Below, piece after piece: positions 1-11,912 of a DNA stretch of 64,000 nucleotides. Position 1 is the first letter of the stretch, and each line of letters opens with the position of its first letter. The DNA is from Octopus vulgaris. Taxonomy: Eukaryota. Below the pieces are notes generated by a model. It was not told where the DNA came from. It searched no databases and saw only the letters and a list, made by a program, of their open reading frames with translations. The position numbers and the translations under genes were made by a program. The stretch is from NCBI GenBank assembly GCA_951406725.2, contig OX597825.1:33480001-33544000 (forward strand), written 5' to 3'.

Positions 1-419
1 TGTATTTAATTTGATATATATATGTGTGTGTGTATGCATGTGTTGTGTTTGCATTAATACACTCACACAAGTTGTATGCTGTATGGCAGAAACATTCAAG
101 ATTTATCTACAGATATTGAATTGATAATAATAATATCATGCACACATACTCAAGTAAGGCAGATACTCACTATTATCGGTCTCTCATCAATTTCAACAGA
201 TAAACATTTCATTTGTCTCATCAGCGGTACTACCTTCTTATTGATTGAGTTGTATAAGTGGTTGAATTTTCCCTAGATACATCTAACTCTTAACATACTG
301 AATCATTGTGTCACTTTATTTGTAAGTGATAATGCTAGCCTGTCAAATTACATGTGCAGTGCATTTGATGTTTTTTTTTTCACAAATTATACCATCCCAT
401 CACACACATACACACACCA

Positions 420-730
420 TCATCATCATCATTTAGCATCTGCTTCCCATGCTGGCATGGGTTATACAGTTTGACTGGAACCGGTAAGCTGGAGAGCTGT
501 ACCACATTCCAGTCTGATTTGGCATGGTTTCTATTGTTGGATGCCCTTCCTAATGCCAACCACTCCTAGAATGTAATGGGTGCTTTTTATGTACCACTGG
601 GACAGGTGCTGTTATGGGCCACCGGAACAGGTGCTTTTATGTGTCACTGGCATGGCTGCTAGTTGCATGACACCAGCATCAGCCATGACTACAATTTTAC
701 TTGGCTTGACAAGTCTTCTCAAGCACAACA
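420..730 (-). repeat. (GAT)n-tailed RTE 3'-UTR-derived repeat
   Basis: (CAT)n, then ccatgctggcatgggt and ggatgcccttcctaatgccaaccactc; this is the reverse complement of the 3' UTR following the RTE ORF at 31118-32503. Confidence 0.75.
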
Positions 731-1064
731 TATATGTGGGTGTGTGTGTACACACATGTATACATATACACATGGTAGTGTCTGGCTGTCTGTTGAGAGA
801 AACACATTCTGCTGTCATATATATAATATAGCTTAGGAATGTGAAAAGTGACATTATTGACAGATATGTAATGCTTACCTGACCTAAGAAGGATCCACTT
901 CACATCAAAGTTCTTGGTTCTGTTCTTAAACTGCAGATCCACATTTTAGCAAACAATACTTCAGTACATGTACTTTTAGGGTCTCCTTCATTTTTGCTCT
1001 TGGGGATCCTGGGATCCTTGCTCAATAGGTGCAAGGTACCAGTTCCAAACATTCTGCATTCATT

Positions 1065-1250
1065 ATTGTTGGCAAGGTAGCAGAATCATTAGCATATCAG
1101 ACAAAATGCTTAGTGTCATTTTTTTCCGACTCTTTACATTCTGAGTTAAAATATTTCTGGGTTGATAAAATAAAGTACCAGTCAAGTACTGGAGGCAATG
1201 GTATCCACCAGTTTTGTTCCTCAAAAGTACTGGTGTGCCAAAATTTGAAG
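1065..1250 (+). mobile_element. decayed tRNA-derived SINE (family B)
   Basis: gcagaatcattagc head and gttgataaaataaagtaccag central block shared with many copies in the window. Confidence 0.6.
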
Positions 1251-1609
1251 CAGTTATTGTTAGTGAGGGAAAGATGAGGAAAACTTCACCTTCATAGCAG
1301 ATAGTGATATCAGGGGAAAAATGCGATGTCTCCCATTATTCCACTTTGTATGCTGAAGCTGAAGATCTGCTGCACTACGCTGGCTCTTGGTGGACATTGT
1401 CCACAAAGTAAAGTATTGATTTGGCAAACATTGACAGACCTCCCTTGTAGTTAGTTGACAGTTGTAAGTCAGAAAAAAGAGTTAGTATTGATGATGCCAT
1501 TAAGTATTCAAGTACATTTACAGTGACCACTATATATATACATTTAGAGTGACCACCAATACATACAACAATATGCACACATTTAGATGTGTGTGTGTGT
1601 ATATGTTTT

Positions 1610-1920
1610 TATTATTTTATTTGTCATTTGACTGTGGCCATGATGGAGCACTGCCTTGAAGGGTTTTAATTGAACAAATTGAGCGCGGGACTTATTTTTC
1701 GAGCCTAGTACACATTCTATTGGTCTCTTTTACTGAACTGCTTAGTTGTGAGGACATAAACACAGGTGATGGGGGGGTGGGACAAGCGTCTTTCAGTTTC
1801 TGTCTACCAAATCCATTCACACGGCTTCTGTCGGCCCAAGGCTATAGTAAAAGACAAGGTGCCATGCTGTGGGACTGAACCTGGATCCATGTGGCTGGGA
1901 AGCAAGCTTCTTACCAAAAT
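1610..1920 (-). mobile_element. tRNA-derived SINE (family A, CORE-like octopus SINE)
   Basis: gtcatttgactgtggccatg...gggactgaacc...gggaagcaagcttcttacca matches the most abundant SINE of the window in reverse. Confidence 0.75.
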
Positions 1921-2746
1921 GTGTTGGTATTCCTTGCTAGGTTTTTTTTTTGTGTGTGTGAAGTGTATGTAATCTTAGACTTTTATTTGAAGTATCCATG
2001 TACCACCTTCTCAACGAACTGTTCTATTTCTTCAGTTGCAATGATGAACAGGATTTTCCACTGTCCTTGCAGACAAATCTGTCTCAATTGTTGTTTCATG
2101 TTTCTTCTCAAGTTCAATAACTATCTTATTGTTAACATGCTCGCCAACTCGCAGCTGATAGTTGCTGACCTTTTTCCTTTCTTTTTTCCTCTTTCTTTCT
2201 TTCTTTTTTTTTTGTCTGCTGGAGATGATGTTTCAGTGATATCATAATGTTATATTAATACAGATTTAAGGTCAAGGCTGTTCTCCACGCATGAGAAACA
2301 ATCTGTTTACGTATCTGTTGTTGAAACTTCCATTAACGCTAGAGTAGTTTCTAAGTGTTCTTATACCCATTTTCTTAAGTTCTTGAAACAGGTATACATG
2401 TATCTTCAGATGTATGTAGATACTCGTTTTCTATAGTAGCACGATTATATGTATGTATCCATCCATCCATCCATCCATCCATCCACCATCCGCATATATA
2501 TCTTGTCCTCTCAGCTCACTTGTTACTCTTTCCTCCTCTCTCTTCCCATGATGCTCCCTCTTCCTGTTTCTCTTGCCAGTCATCCTCTTTTGAATTTATC
2601 AGTTGAATCCTTTTTTCAGCTCTGGGTTTGTGTCATCTTTTATTTTCTCCTCAAAGCTATTGCACAACCTGTCTTATTTTGTCAACAAGCTGAAAGACAT
2701 TCTATGTTTATGCACATGTGTTTGTGTGTGTGTTTATATATATATA

Positions 2747-2779
<33 letters not shown>

Positions 2780-3165
2780 ATATATATATATATATCTTGT
2801 TTCATTTGATCCCCCCCATGTTCCTCACGACTTATCTTTATTTACTTCTATCTTCTTTCACTTTTTTCACTCATTGGACTGTGTGAATGTTGGGGCATCA
2901 CCTTGAAAGGTTTAATGGATCAAATTGTCTATAGCACTTCTTTTTTAAGTCTGTTCTTTACTCTATCATGTCTTTTGATGAACTGCTAAGTTGTGGCAAC
3001 ATAAACAAACCAAACAGTCGGGGGTGGACAAGCATTAAGATACATACATGCGTTAGCACATATTATTCTATGATATATTAATACAGATTTAAGGTCAGGG
3101 TTTTCCTCTTTGTGTGAGAAATGTTGTTTTTCTACATACCCATTATTGTTGAAACTTCTGTTCTT

Positions 3166-3735
3166 ATATCTGTAGCCACAGACTTGGCTATGTGGCAAGA
3201 AGCTTGCTTCCCAACCACATGGTTCTGTATTCAGTCCCATTGTGTGACACTTTGGGCCAATCAAAACTGAAAGAAACCATCAGGTGTGTTTTCGTGTATG
3301 TGTTTGTGCCCTGCCACCACTTGACAACCATTGTTGGTGTTTTTATGTCCCTGTAGCTTAGCAGTTTGGCAAAAGTAACTGATAGAATAAGTATCAAGCT
3401 TAACAAGAAATAAGTGCTGGGTTTGATTCATTCGATTAAAAATTTCTTCAAGGTGGTGCTCCAGCATGGCCACAGCCAAACGACTGAAACAAGTAAAAGA
3501 TATCCATTTACACACACACACACACACACACACTCAACACACGTAAATACATACCTCTACAATGGGCTTCCACTTGGTTTCCATTTTCTAAATTCACTCA
3601 CAAGGCATTGGTCATCCCAGGACTGTAATAAGAGTCCCTTACCCAAAGTGTCACTCAGTGAGATTGAACCTGAAACCATGTGGTTGCAAAAGAAGCTTCT
3701 TACCCATAGAATCCTGTCTGAGCCTGTATCAACTC
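3166..3735. mobile_element. inverted pair of family-A SINEs (full + copy, then - head fragment) between 13-bp direct repeats
   Basis: + copy 3172-3500, - fragment 3560-3727; AACTTCTGTTCTT at 3153-3165 and 3736-3748. Confidence 0.7.
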
Positions 3736-4699
3736 AACTTCTGTTCTTGTTTTTCTCTCATATCACCTTATCTGTGATAAGGTGATATGAGAATATCACT
3801 GAATAATGAGTTTGCAGGGCATCTTCATCAAGCTCTATAGATCTTCCAGTACAATGCTTGTCTTCTAGGCTGTAGTTTCTGGCTCAGAAGTTCTGGAACC
3901 ACCGTTGACACTGGCTTATGCTTTTTGTCCGATCCCCATATACTACATTAATATTCATAGCACTTTTGGTTGCATTGTTGTCTTTATTGAATTCCAAGCA
4001 AAATATGCTGAATGTGCTCCGTTGTCACTTCCATTATAGCTTTGTAAAAATAACTTAAAATCAAACTGCACTCTTCAAAACTTGCACTAAGAATAAGTAC
4101 AATGTAAAATTACTACCAGCTTTTATAGCAAGTTTATGCAGGTAGTTTATACCATCCCCCTCCAACTTTTAGTTCATGCAATTGAAAAAAATCCACATTA
4201 TTTATGGGATGACTCAGTACCTAAACTTTACATAAAAATAATATGTACCGGGGTCACTTCAGTTGGTCAAAATTCTTTATGGCAGTGCCCCAGTATGGTC
4301 ACCGTCAAATGACTAAAACAAGTAAAAGATAAAAGATTATATATATACAGGCAAACACACTCCTGTGTCACTGCTTTAGTGTCCACTCATCCATGCTCAC
4401 ATGGATTGGATGGTATTTGATAAGGTAGATTTTTCTATAACTGGATGCGCTGCCTGTCACCAACATGCCATGGTCAGACATGTTCCATGGAAAATTGGAA
4501 ACAAGGGACGCTGCTTGTGTGATGTGATGATTACTTTCATTTACAACTATCATGTGATGTGAAAACAAGGAGACGTGTGTGAGTGCATAGCAAATCCATT
4601 CCTAAAGCTTTGATCAAGTCATGGCTATTGTAGAAAACATTTGCCATGGTGCAATGCTGTGTGGCTGAACCTGAAACCATGTGGTGAGGAAGCAAGCTT

Positions 4700-4920
4700 C
4701 CTACCACCGTCATGTTTGCACTTGTGTGTGTGTGTGTGCGCGTGCATGCATGCGTGTGTGCGTGCATGTGCATGTATGTGTGTCTGCATGCATTCATGCG
4801 CTTTTGTATGTATTTGTGTATGTCTCTTCATAATGTGTGTGTTTATGGGTATGTACATATGTATGTTTGTATATATGTGTATATATATAAAAAGTATGTC
4901 TATATGTGTTTATATTTGTG

Positions 4921-4967
<47 letters not shown>

Positions 4968-5060
4968 TTGTCTAGATGTGGCAATATATATATATGTTTG
5001 TCTATATGTATTTATATCTATATACAGATGTGTATGTATACTACATATGCACTCACACAT
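4700..5060. repeat. compound (TG)n/(TA)n/(TATG)n microsatellite tract
   Basis: directly visible; source of spurious C/V/Y/I-rich ORFs. Confidence 0.95.
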
Positions 5061-5811
5061 ATTTAGCATGAGTATCCAGCCGATACTCAGTCGACATTCT
5101 TCTTTGAATTTTTGTTTATCTATGTCGTTTACATATCGTCAATCAATATTTGTCTTTCAGAAACACATCGCCTGCAAGTAATTGACTGTATCTTAAATTT
5201 CTAAAGGATTTTTAACTCTGAATGCTACCGCAGTGTTGATGATACCTTCCTCTGATAAGCTGGGCTCTAGTTGGACTAATTTGTACTATGGCTGATATAA
5301 TTATTTCATTGAATTCTCAGAAATTTGGACACCTTCTATTGCAATTAGATAATTGTTTCAGCCTCAAAGAGAGAAACTTTAGATGTGTTCGCTTTTGAAA
5401 TCTGCATTTATTGAATTAGTTTTCGTTATGATAACCGCTTGTGCGTGTACGTGTGTGTGTGTGCATGCTTGCATGCAGACACATGTATATGTTAATGCAT
5501 GCTGTTGCATATGTATATATTTATACAAATGATAATGTTTGCATGTGTATATGGCTATGTGCATACATGTATGCGCGCGTGCGCACACACACATACACAC
5601 ACACACAGAGCTTTTGGTAATACAAATTGGAAAACAGAACTCAAAGCATGAATATAAATAATAGGCAGAAATCACACAGCGACTCAAGAGAAGAAAGTTT
5701 AATTCAGTTTGATAACTGCCCAATGAATGAAACTCTTGGCACTTGAATCACTTTGTAACTTCTGATTAAAATATATACACACTTAAAACATGTGTCTGTG
5801 TATATGTGTGT

Positions 5812-6190
5812 CATCATCATCATCATCGTCGTTTAACATCCGCTTTCCATGCTAGCATGGGTTGGACGATTTGACTGAGGTCTGGCGAACCAGATGGCTG
5901 CACCAGACTCCAATCTGATCTGGCAGAGTTTCTACAGGTTGATGCCCTTCCTAACGCCAACCACTCCGAGAGTGTAGTAGGTGCTTTTATGTGCCACCGG
6001 CATGTGGGCCAGTCAGGCAGTGCTGGCTACGGTCAGATGGTGCTTTTTATGTGCCTCCTGCACAGTAGCCAGTCCAGTGGCACTGGCAATGACCTCGCTT
6101 GATTGTTTTTTAACGTGCCACCAGCACAAGTGCTAGTAGGCAATGCAGGTAACGATCACACTTGAATGGTGTTTTTAGCTTGCCATCGGC
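5812..6190 (-). repeat. (GAT)n-tailed RTE 3'-UTR-derived repeat with internal GGTGCTTTTTAYGTGCC units
   Basis: catcatcgtcgtttaacatccgctttccatgctagcatgggttggac; reverse complement of the RTE tail at about 32100-32503. Confidence 0.8.
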
Positions 6191-6219
6191 TTGATATATA
6201 TATATATATATATATATAT

Positions 6220-6425
6220 CAAAGAAAATTGTTTCAATGAGACATTTCAGCTACTGGGAGAGACTGAAAACGTTAAAACTTTACTCGCTAGAATGAAGGT
6301 GGGAAAGATATGTGGGGATACACATCTGAAAAATCCTAGAATTGTACCAAACTTTGACATTATCAATTACATAAACAGCAGAATGAGGCGCCACTGCATA
6401 GTACCAAAAATCCCAACTTGCAACA
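6220..6425 (+). mobile_element. CR1/L2-group LINE ORF2 C-terminal fragment (pseudogenic)
   Basis: translates to FSYWERLKTLKLYSLE*RWERYVGIHI*KILE, then IVPNFDI...RHCIVPKIP; matches the SYxERLxxLxLxSLExRR motif of CR1/L2-type ORF2 ends. Confidence 0.75.
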
Positions 6426-6602
6426 GCTTGGGAGTTTTAAAGAACAGCACCGTGCAGGTATGGCTGTGTGATTAAGATGCTTGCTTCCTAACCATGTGGT
6501 CTCGGGTTCAGTCCCACTGCATGGCTTATACTATAGTCCTGGGTCAACCAAAGCCCTCTGTGTGGTTTTGGTAAACAGAAACTAAAAGAAGCTTGCCATA
6601 TG

Positions 6603-6633
<31 letters not shown>

Positions 6634-6877
6634 ATTTATATATGTATATTTATATAGATAAATTAAGAAATGGAGTCAAATGCAGGTGTTATTCAAATCG
6701 TTTATACTTCCAACATATGTTTGACTCCATAACCCTGGAATTTCTACCTTTATAAGTAGGCTGTAATATCCTTGGCACTTACGTGAATTTTTGCTACCCT
6801 GGTAACTATTTATTTATTTTTTCACGTTATTTGTACACATTGAAAAACTACACATACATTTATATATATAGAGAGAT

Positions 6878-6950
6878 GAGTCACTGATGAGGCTCTAAGG
6901 TGCTACTCAGGCATTCACCACATCTTATAGTGGAAACAGCTGTAAGCTAA
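6878..6950 (+). ncRNA. degenerate minimal type-I hammerhead ribozyme motif
   Basis: CTGATGA (6884-6890), GAAA (6933-6936), palindromic ACAGCTGT, then GTA; stem I not intact. Confidence 0.5.
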
Positions 6951-7047
6951 CGAAGTTCATATGATAAACATTTATTCTTTTGTCATCTCTTTTCTTCACA
7001 CACCTACCCACACTCTCTCTCTCACACACACACACACTCTATCCTCT

Positions 7048-7257
7048 CTGAAAAGTTCCTGGATTTAAGGGTATCACAAAAGGCCTGGCTGGAGGCCCAA
7101 CCTCCCGAGTTCTTTTACAGGGTCTAGAAAAACTGAAGGACTGCTGCAATAAGTGTGCGATTCTGGGGTGGGAGGAATGTGTTGAATGGAATCATAATTA
7201 ACTGATCCTCCTGTATTTTCTTTTACCCAGAGCCAGGAACTTTTCAGCAACCCCTCG
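7048..7257 (+). mobile_element. mariner-derived MITE
   Basis: inverted ends CTGAAAAGTTCCTGG / CCAGGAACTTTTCAGCAACCCCTCG-TA; interior encodes QGLEKLKDCCNKCAILG..ECVE, like a mariner transposase C-terminus. Confidence 0.75.
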
Positions 7258-7348
7258 TATATATGCAGTATCTATGTGTGTGTGTGTGTGTGTATTGTTG
7301 GTGATTTTCTTTCTCCGTCTTCCCTTCCTTGGACCTTTCCTTTTTCTA

Positions 7349-7385
7349 TGTTTCTGATGAAGAGCTCCGCTCAAAATGTTAAATC
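7349..7385 (+). ncRNA. degenerate minimal hammerhead motif in a short dispersed repeat (about 7300-7480)
   Basis: gttt-CTGATGA-a-GAGC-tcc-GCTC-aAAA-tGTTa-aat; the deviations from GAAACGTT are CpG-type changes. Confidence 0.55.
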
Positions 7386-7500
7386 CTCATTCTTTCTTTC
7401 CTTTCCTGAGCGTCCAATAACACTATACTTGTTCCACGTTCTCACATTGTTGTGTTTTATCTTTGTTCATGTTTGGAGTAACTATATATATATGTATATA

Positions 7501-7559
<59 letters not shown>

Positions 7560-8059
7560 TTACTGCACATGGCTGCAGTGAAATGACTGAAAGATGTAAA
7601 AGATAAAAGGGAAACAGTGACAACTATTAAGATTTTACTTTTGCCATCACACACTTGATGACTTATTTCAATTTCTCCCCCTTTCCCCATACAATACCAT
7701 AGGAGACTCGTGTCATTATTTTTATTAATGTATAATCTTTAGAATATATCTTACAGACTCAAGTATTCTACCAGTTCTGCTGCTGTTGTTTACTGCTTGA
7801 TTCTTGTCTTACATAACTCGTATGTCTGTAAGATAATTGTCGCTTGTGGTTTTTCTTCATGTTCTTTTGTCCTCTATTTTGGTTCCTGATTACTTTGCAC
7901 TTGGTATTGTCTGCAATATCACCCACTATCTCTGTGTCCTTTCTCTCTCTGTCTGTCTCACTCACACACACACTTAAGGGCTTGCTGCGCTCTCTCATGA
8001 TCTTCAGTCATGAAGAACTTCCATCATCATCATCATAATACACACACACACATATAAGT

Positions 8060-8830
8060 CTGGTTGTGTGGTAAGGAGCTTGCTTTTCAACCACATGGCT
8101 CCCAGTTCAGTCCCACTGCTTGGCACCTCAGGCAAGTGTCTTGTACTGTAACCTCAGGCCGACCAAAGCCTTGTGAGTGGATTTGGTAGATGGAAACTGA
8201 AAGAAGCTTGTATACATACATATATCTCTCTATATATAAATTGCAAAATGTCTGTGTGTGTGTCCTTTATACAAATCCACAATTTTTCAGTTAGAGGGCT
8301 CGCACTTTCTATGGTCATTCAAAACCATCCAAGGGTGGTCGTGCACATCTTTACATTTCCCCAGTCACCCCGCAAAGCCATTAAAAAAATCGATAGAAAT
8401 GAAATTTTTGTGAATTTTCTATCCAAAACCCAATCAAAATGCCCGAAACTTGATACGCCAATTGAATGCCAGCTAGCTGTATGTGATTGGTCGGAGATTT
8501 GGACAGTATTTGCGTGTATGTGCACACCCACGCAGCTGTATATGCATGCACTAGCACTATGACCCGGCGTTGCCAGGTCATAGTGCTAGTATATATATAT
8601 ATGTGTTTCTGAGAGGGAGTGTGTGTCTTTGTACCTGTATTTGTCCCGCCATCACTGCTTGACAACTGGTTTACGTTACTACAACCTAGCAGTTTGAAAA
8701 AGAGACTGATTATACAATTATGAGCTTGAAAAAAAAAAGAGAATTAGTACTGGGTTGATTCCTTTGACTAAAAATATTTTTCAAGGCAGTGTCCCAGCAT
8801 GGCCACAGTCTAATGACTGAAAGAAGTATA
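8060..8830 (+). mobile_element. family-A SINE interrupted by a Helitron
   Basis: head 8060-8215 (gttcagtcccactgc...gatttggtagatggaaactgaaagaagc) and body/tail 8600-8830. Confidence 0.75.
8225..8589 (+). mobile_element. non-autonomous Helitron
   Basis: A|TC start (tctctctatatataaa), subterminal hairpin GACCCGGC-gtt-GCCAGGTC, CTAG|T end, no TSD. Confidence 0.8.
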
Positions 8831-8851
8831 AGATATATCCTTATGGTGTAT

Positions 8852-8905
<54 letters not shown>

Positions 8906-8930
8906 ATGTACGTATGTTAATGTATATGTG

Positions 8931-8975
<45 letters not shown>

Positions 8976-8997
8976 AAAACGGGGAAGGCTGGTTTAT

Positions 8998-9058
8998 GGG
9001 ATTTCCGTAGGTTTCCTGTCCATAAAGGGTTTAGCTTTATAGCATATTGTCAGATCCC
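8998..9058 (-). ncRNA. degenerate type-I hammerhead ribozyme in a short insert between (TA)n tracts
   Basis: minus strand reads GGGAT-CTGACAA-[ctataaag/ctttatgg stem]-GAAA-CC-tac-GG-aa-ATCCC; three stems present, two core positions mutated. Confidence 0.6.
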
Positions 9059-9814
9059 AAAACTATGGAGGAGGCTGATTTATGTTTTGTATAGAAGATA
9101 TATCTATCTATCTATCTATCTATCTATATATATATATATATATCTATCTATATATATATATATATATAAGCTACATATGGTCTATAATAACTATTAATTT
9201 TAATCAATGACAGGAGGCTGACTTTTAAAGCAGCTGACATTTGATGTATTCTTATTTAGTCCCAGGATAGCTTGATTGAGCAGAATTGATCTAGATGTGA
9301 TCTTATTCTTAAGGAGGGCATCTAGAGTGATATTGAAGCCAGTGTTGGATGTGATTTTAGTGTGATTTAGCTACTCTTTCCAGCAAATCTATTGACCACA
9401 AATAGTTTGTGGACCTGCTAGAAGCAGCCTAATTTTCTTTGATCCGCTTTTTACAGTTATTCTAAATATAAGAAATTAAGGAACACGATACATTAGATGA
9501 TGTAGTATTAAATACCTTCAGTCAAATATTTGTTGTGGGCTGTTTATATGTCCCCTCTTTTGAACCATAAGCCTGGGCTAAACAACTTGTCATATGTTGA
9601 AAGATTGTAAAGGCGGTGAACTGGCACACCAGGCAAAATGTTTAATGGCACTTTGTCTTTATGTTCTGAGGTTGACTTTGTCTTTCATCCTTTCGGGGTC
9701 GATAAATTAAGTACCAGTTGTGTACTGGGGTTGATGATATCGACTACTCCCCTCCCACCAAATTTCAGGCCTTGCGCCTTTAGTAGAAAGGATTATATGT
9801 TGGAAGATTGTTTA

Positions 9815-10973
9815 CTTCTAAATCTGCCCTACTGGACTTCTTATCTGGCTTTCCTAGAAATCTGGGAATACTGTCCAGTACCATGCAGTATACTGTACCC
9901 TCTGTCGAGTAACAGACCCTGTTTTTCTAGTAGGTTAATTTACTTCTGGTGTGTTACAAATAATTTTTTTTTTAATCTTTTACTTGTTTCATGGATTGCT
10001 ACCATGCTAGGGCATTGCCTTGAAGAAATTTTAGGCAAAAGAATCAATGCCAATACCTTTTCTTTTTAAGCTTGGTGTTTATTTTATCGATATCTTTTGC
10101 TAAACTGTTAAGTTATGAGGACATAAACTGCGCCTTATCACTTAGGGTCCCATATTCTTTACTTTTTTTAATTGGATTGATAAAGGTTAAACATACTCTA
10201 AGTTAGAATTGCATTAATTTGTACCTGTATCTGTGAAATGAAATGTACTTTGTTTAATTTTCACCTTATAAATGTTACACTGTATACATGGTACAGTATG
10301 ATATCATCATCATCTGTTCTCCATGCTGGCATGAACTTAAATGGTTTGACTGAAGCTGGAGAGCTGCACCAGTTTCCAGTCTGATTTGGCATGGATACCC
10401 TTCCTAATGCCAGCCACTCCAGGAGTGTAACGGGTGCTTTTACATGCCACCAGCATGGGTACCATTCGCATGACACCAGCAACAACCACGATTATGATTC
10501 ACAGGAACCAGTTATGTGGCACCGGCAATGACCTTAATTCACAGGTGCCATTTATATGGCACCATCAACGACTACAACTACGATTCCCAGATGCCATTTA
10601 CATGGCACCGGCAATGATCATGACTACAATGCATGGGTGTCATTTAAATGGTACCAGTTGCGACTACATGTATAATTCAGGGGTGCCATTTATATGGCAC
10701 TGGCTGTGACCATGATGCATGGGTGCCATTTTCATGACACTGGCACAGCCATAACTATGATTTCTCTTGGCCTAGTGGATTAATTAATATCGAGTAGACC
10801 TCACATCATAAGTGTATTAATTTGAATATGTTAAATGCAGTTTAGCTCTTTACTTTTCATAGCTTATTTTATATTCTAAGTATATATTTAGACTGTCCCC
10901 GGAAAACTGGAAAATCCAGATATCCGGATATTTCCAGTGTCAGACTTGCTGGATGATAATTGATTCAGTACTG
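9815..10973. mobile_element. Tc1/pogo(Tigger)-like non-autonomous DNA transposon, interrupted by SINE and RTE-tail insertions
   Basis: collinear similarity to 61858-62338 (gcagtatactgtaccct, atatttagactgtc); ends ...ACTG-TA. Confidence 0.55.
10458..10770. repeat. minisatellite of 7 units (46 or 40 bp), each with a GGTGCCAT-N4-ATGGCACC-type palindrome, inside a minus-strand RTE 3'-UTR copy (10300-10770)
   Basis: units start at 10458, 10504, 10544, 10590, 10636, 10682, 10722. Confidence 0.85.
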
Positions 10974-11669
10974 TATACAAATCAGAACCTTTCGACATTC
11001 ACACCTCCAGATACAATATTTCCAGGTTTACATTATATCAAATGTGTCTTTTATTTAAGACTAGTGTGTGATTCAAGATTGATTAGGTTGTGATTTCTAG
11101 CAGGTCACATGACCTCATAAATTGATCCCCAGTTGGCTTTTAATTAATATTTTAATGTATGTGTGTGAAAGGGAGAGATAGGTGGGGTGAGAGTTTGGAG
11201 GAAAACAGGGAGTTGTTGTTAGATGATAGATTGACTTCTCTGAGGTGATTCTCCATGCCTATCAGTTAGTGATCAAGATTAGGTCAGCCCAACTATTTTC
11301 GTTATCATTTCTGGACATATTTCTTATATGTACGGTTTAACTACATGCCAGACACACACACACGTGCATGGATGCATTCAGGCAGCAGATTTTTTCTATC
11401 TCAACTGTTCTAAATCAGGCTGACAGATATCATGTCAGAAATTTTATAGCAATGCTATTTCATAAGCTTAGCATTTTGAGATGAATCTTTGAACAAACTA
11501 AGTAGCTTTTAACTGCTTTAATAAACTAATTCAGAATGTAACATGTCTTTTTATTATTCTCTTTCAAATCAGTATCTTTCTCGTCAGTTTTGTCAGGCAC
11601 ATACTGTGTAGTTAAGGAACTCACTTCACAACCACAGGCTTCTAGGTATCAATCGTAGCACACAGTGTA

Positions 11670-11912
11670 GTAGGCATGGCCATACTGGTCAGTTACCAGG
11701 GGGTCCTTACGGGTCTACAGGTCCAGTTGTAGTCTTTGTCTTGTGGGCTTGTTGTCAATAACCAAATTCTACTGGACCCAGTATATTGATTTACATAGGG
11801 TCTAGGGGGCCCAATTCCAATCTACGTATGCTGTTTATAAAAAAAAACAAAAAACCATAGGGCCTAGGACGTTGATTTGCTCTGGTGCCTGTAATGCTGC
11901 TAAGATGACATC
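11670..11912. mobile_element. decayed hAT-like MITE nested in a family-A SINE
   Basis: right end taatgctgctaagatgacatct resembles a CAGGGCCGTCTTAA-type terminus in reverse; GGGCCC-rich interior. Confidence 0.35.

Noticed and set aside
879-930. Possible 52-nt minus-strand exon (ctgcag| ... |gtaagc)
   Set aside because: Weak pyrimidine tract, unrecognised peptide and no partner exons; cannot be supported without RNA data.
1290-1460. Possible RT fragment (SP..LYAE..EDL)
   Set aside because: Similarity is too short and needs several frameshifts.
4537-5181. Long ORFs rich in C/V/Y/I/H/T (also at 2449-2906, 8850-9197, 63170-63604)
   Set aside because: They are translations of (TG)n/(TA)n/(CA)n microsatellites.
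10458-10770. CRISPR array
   Set aside because: The linkers are homologous to each other, the repeats are degenerate, there are no cas genes, and it sits inside a eukaryotic LINE 3' UTR; it is a minisatellite.
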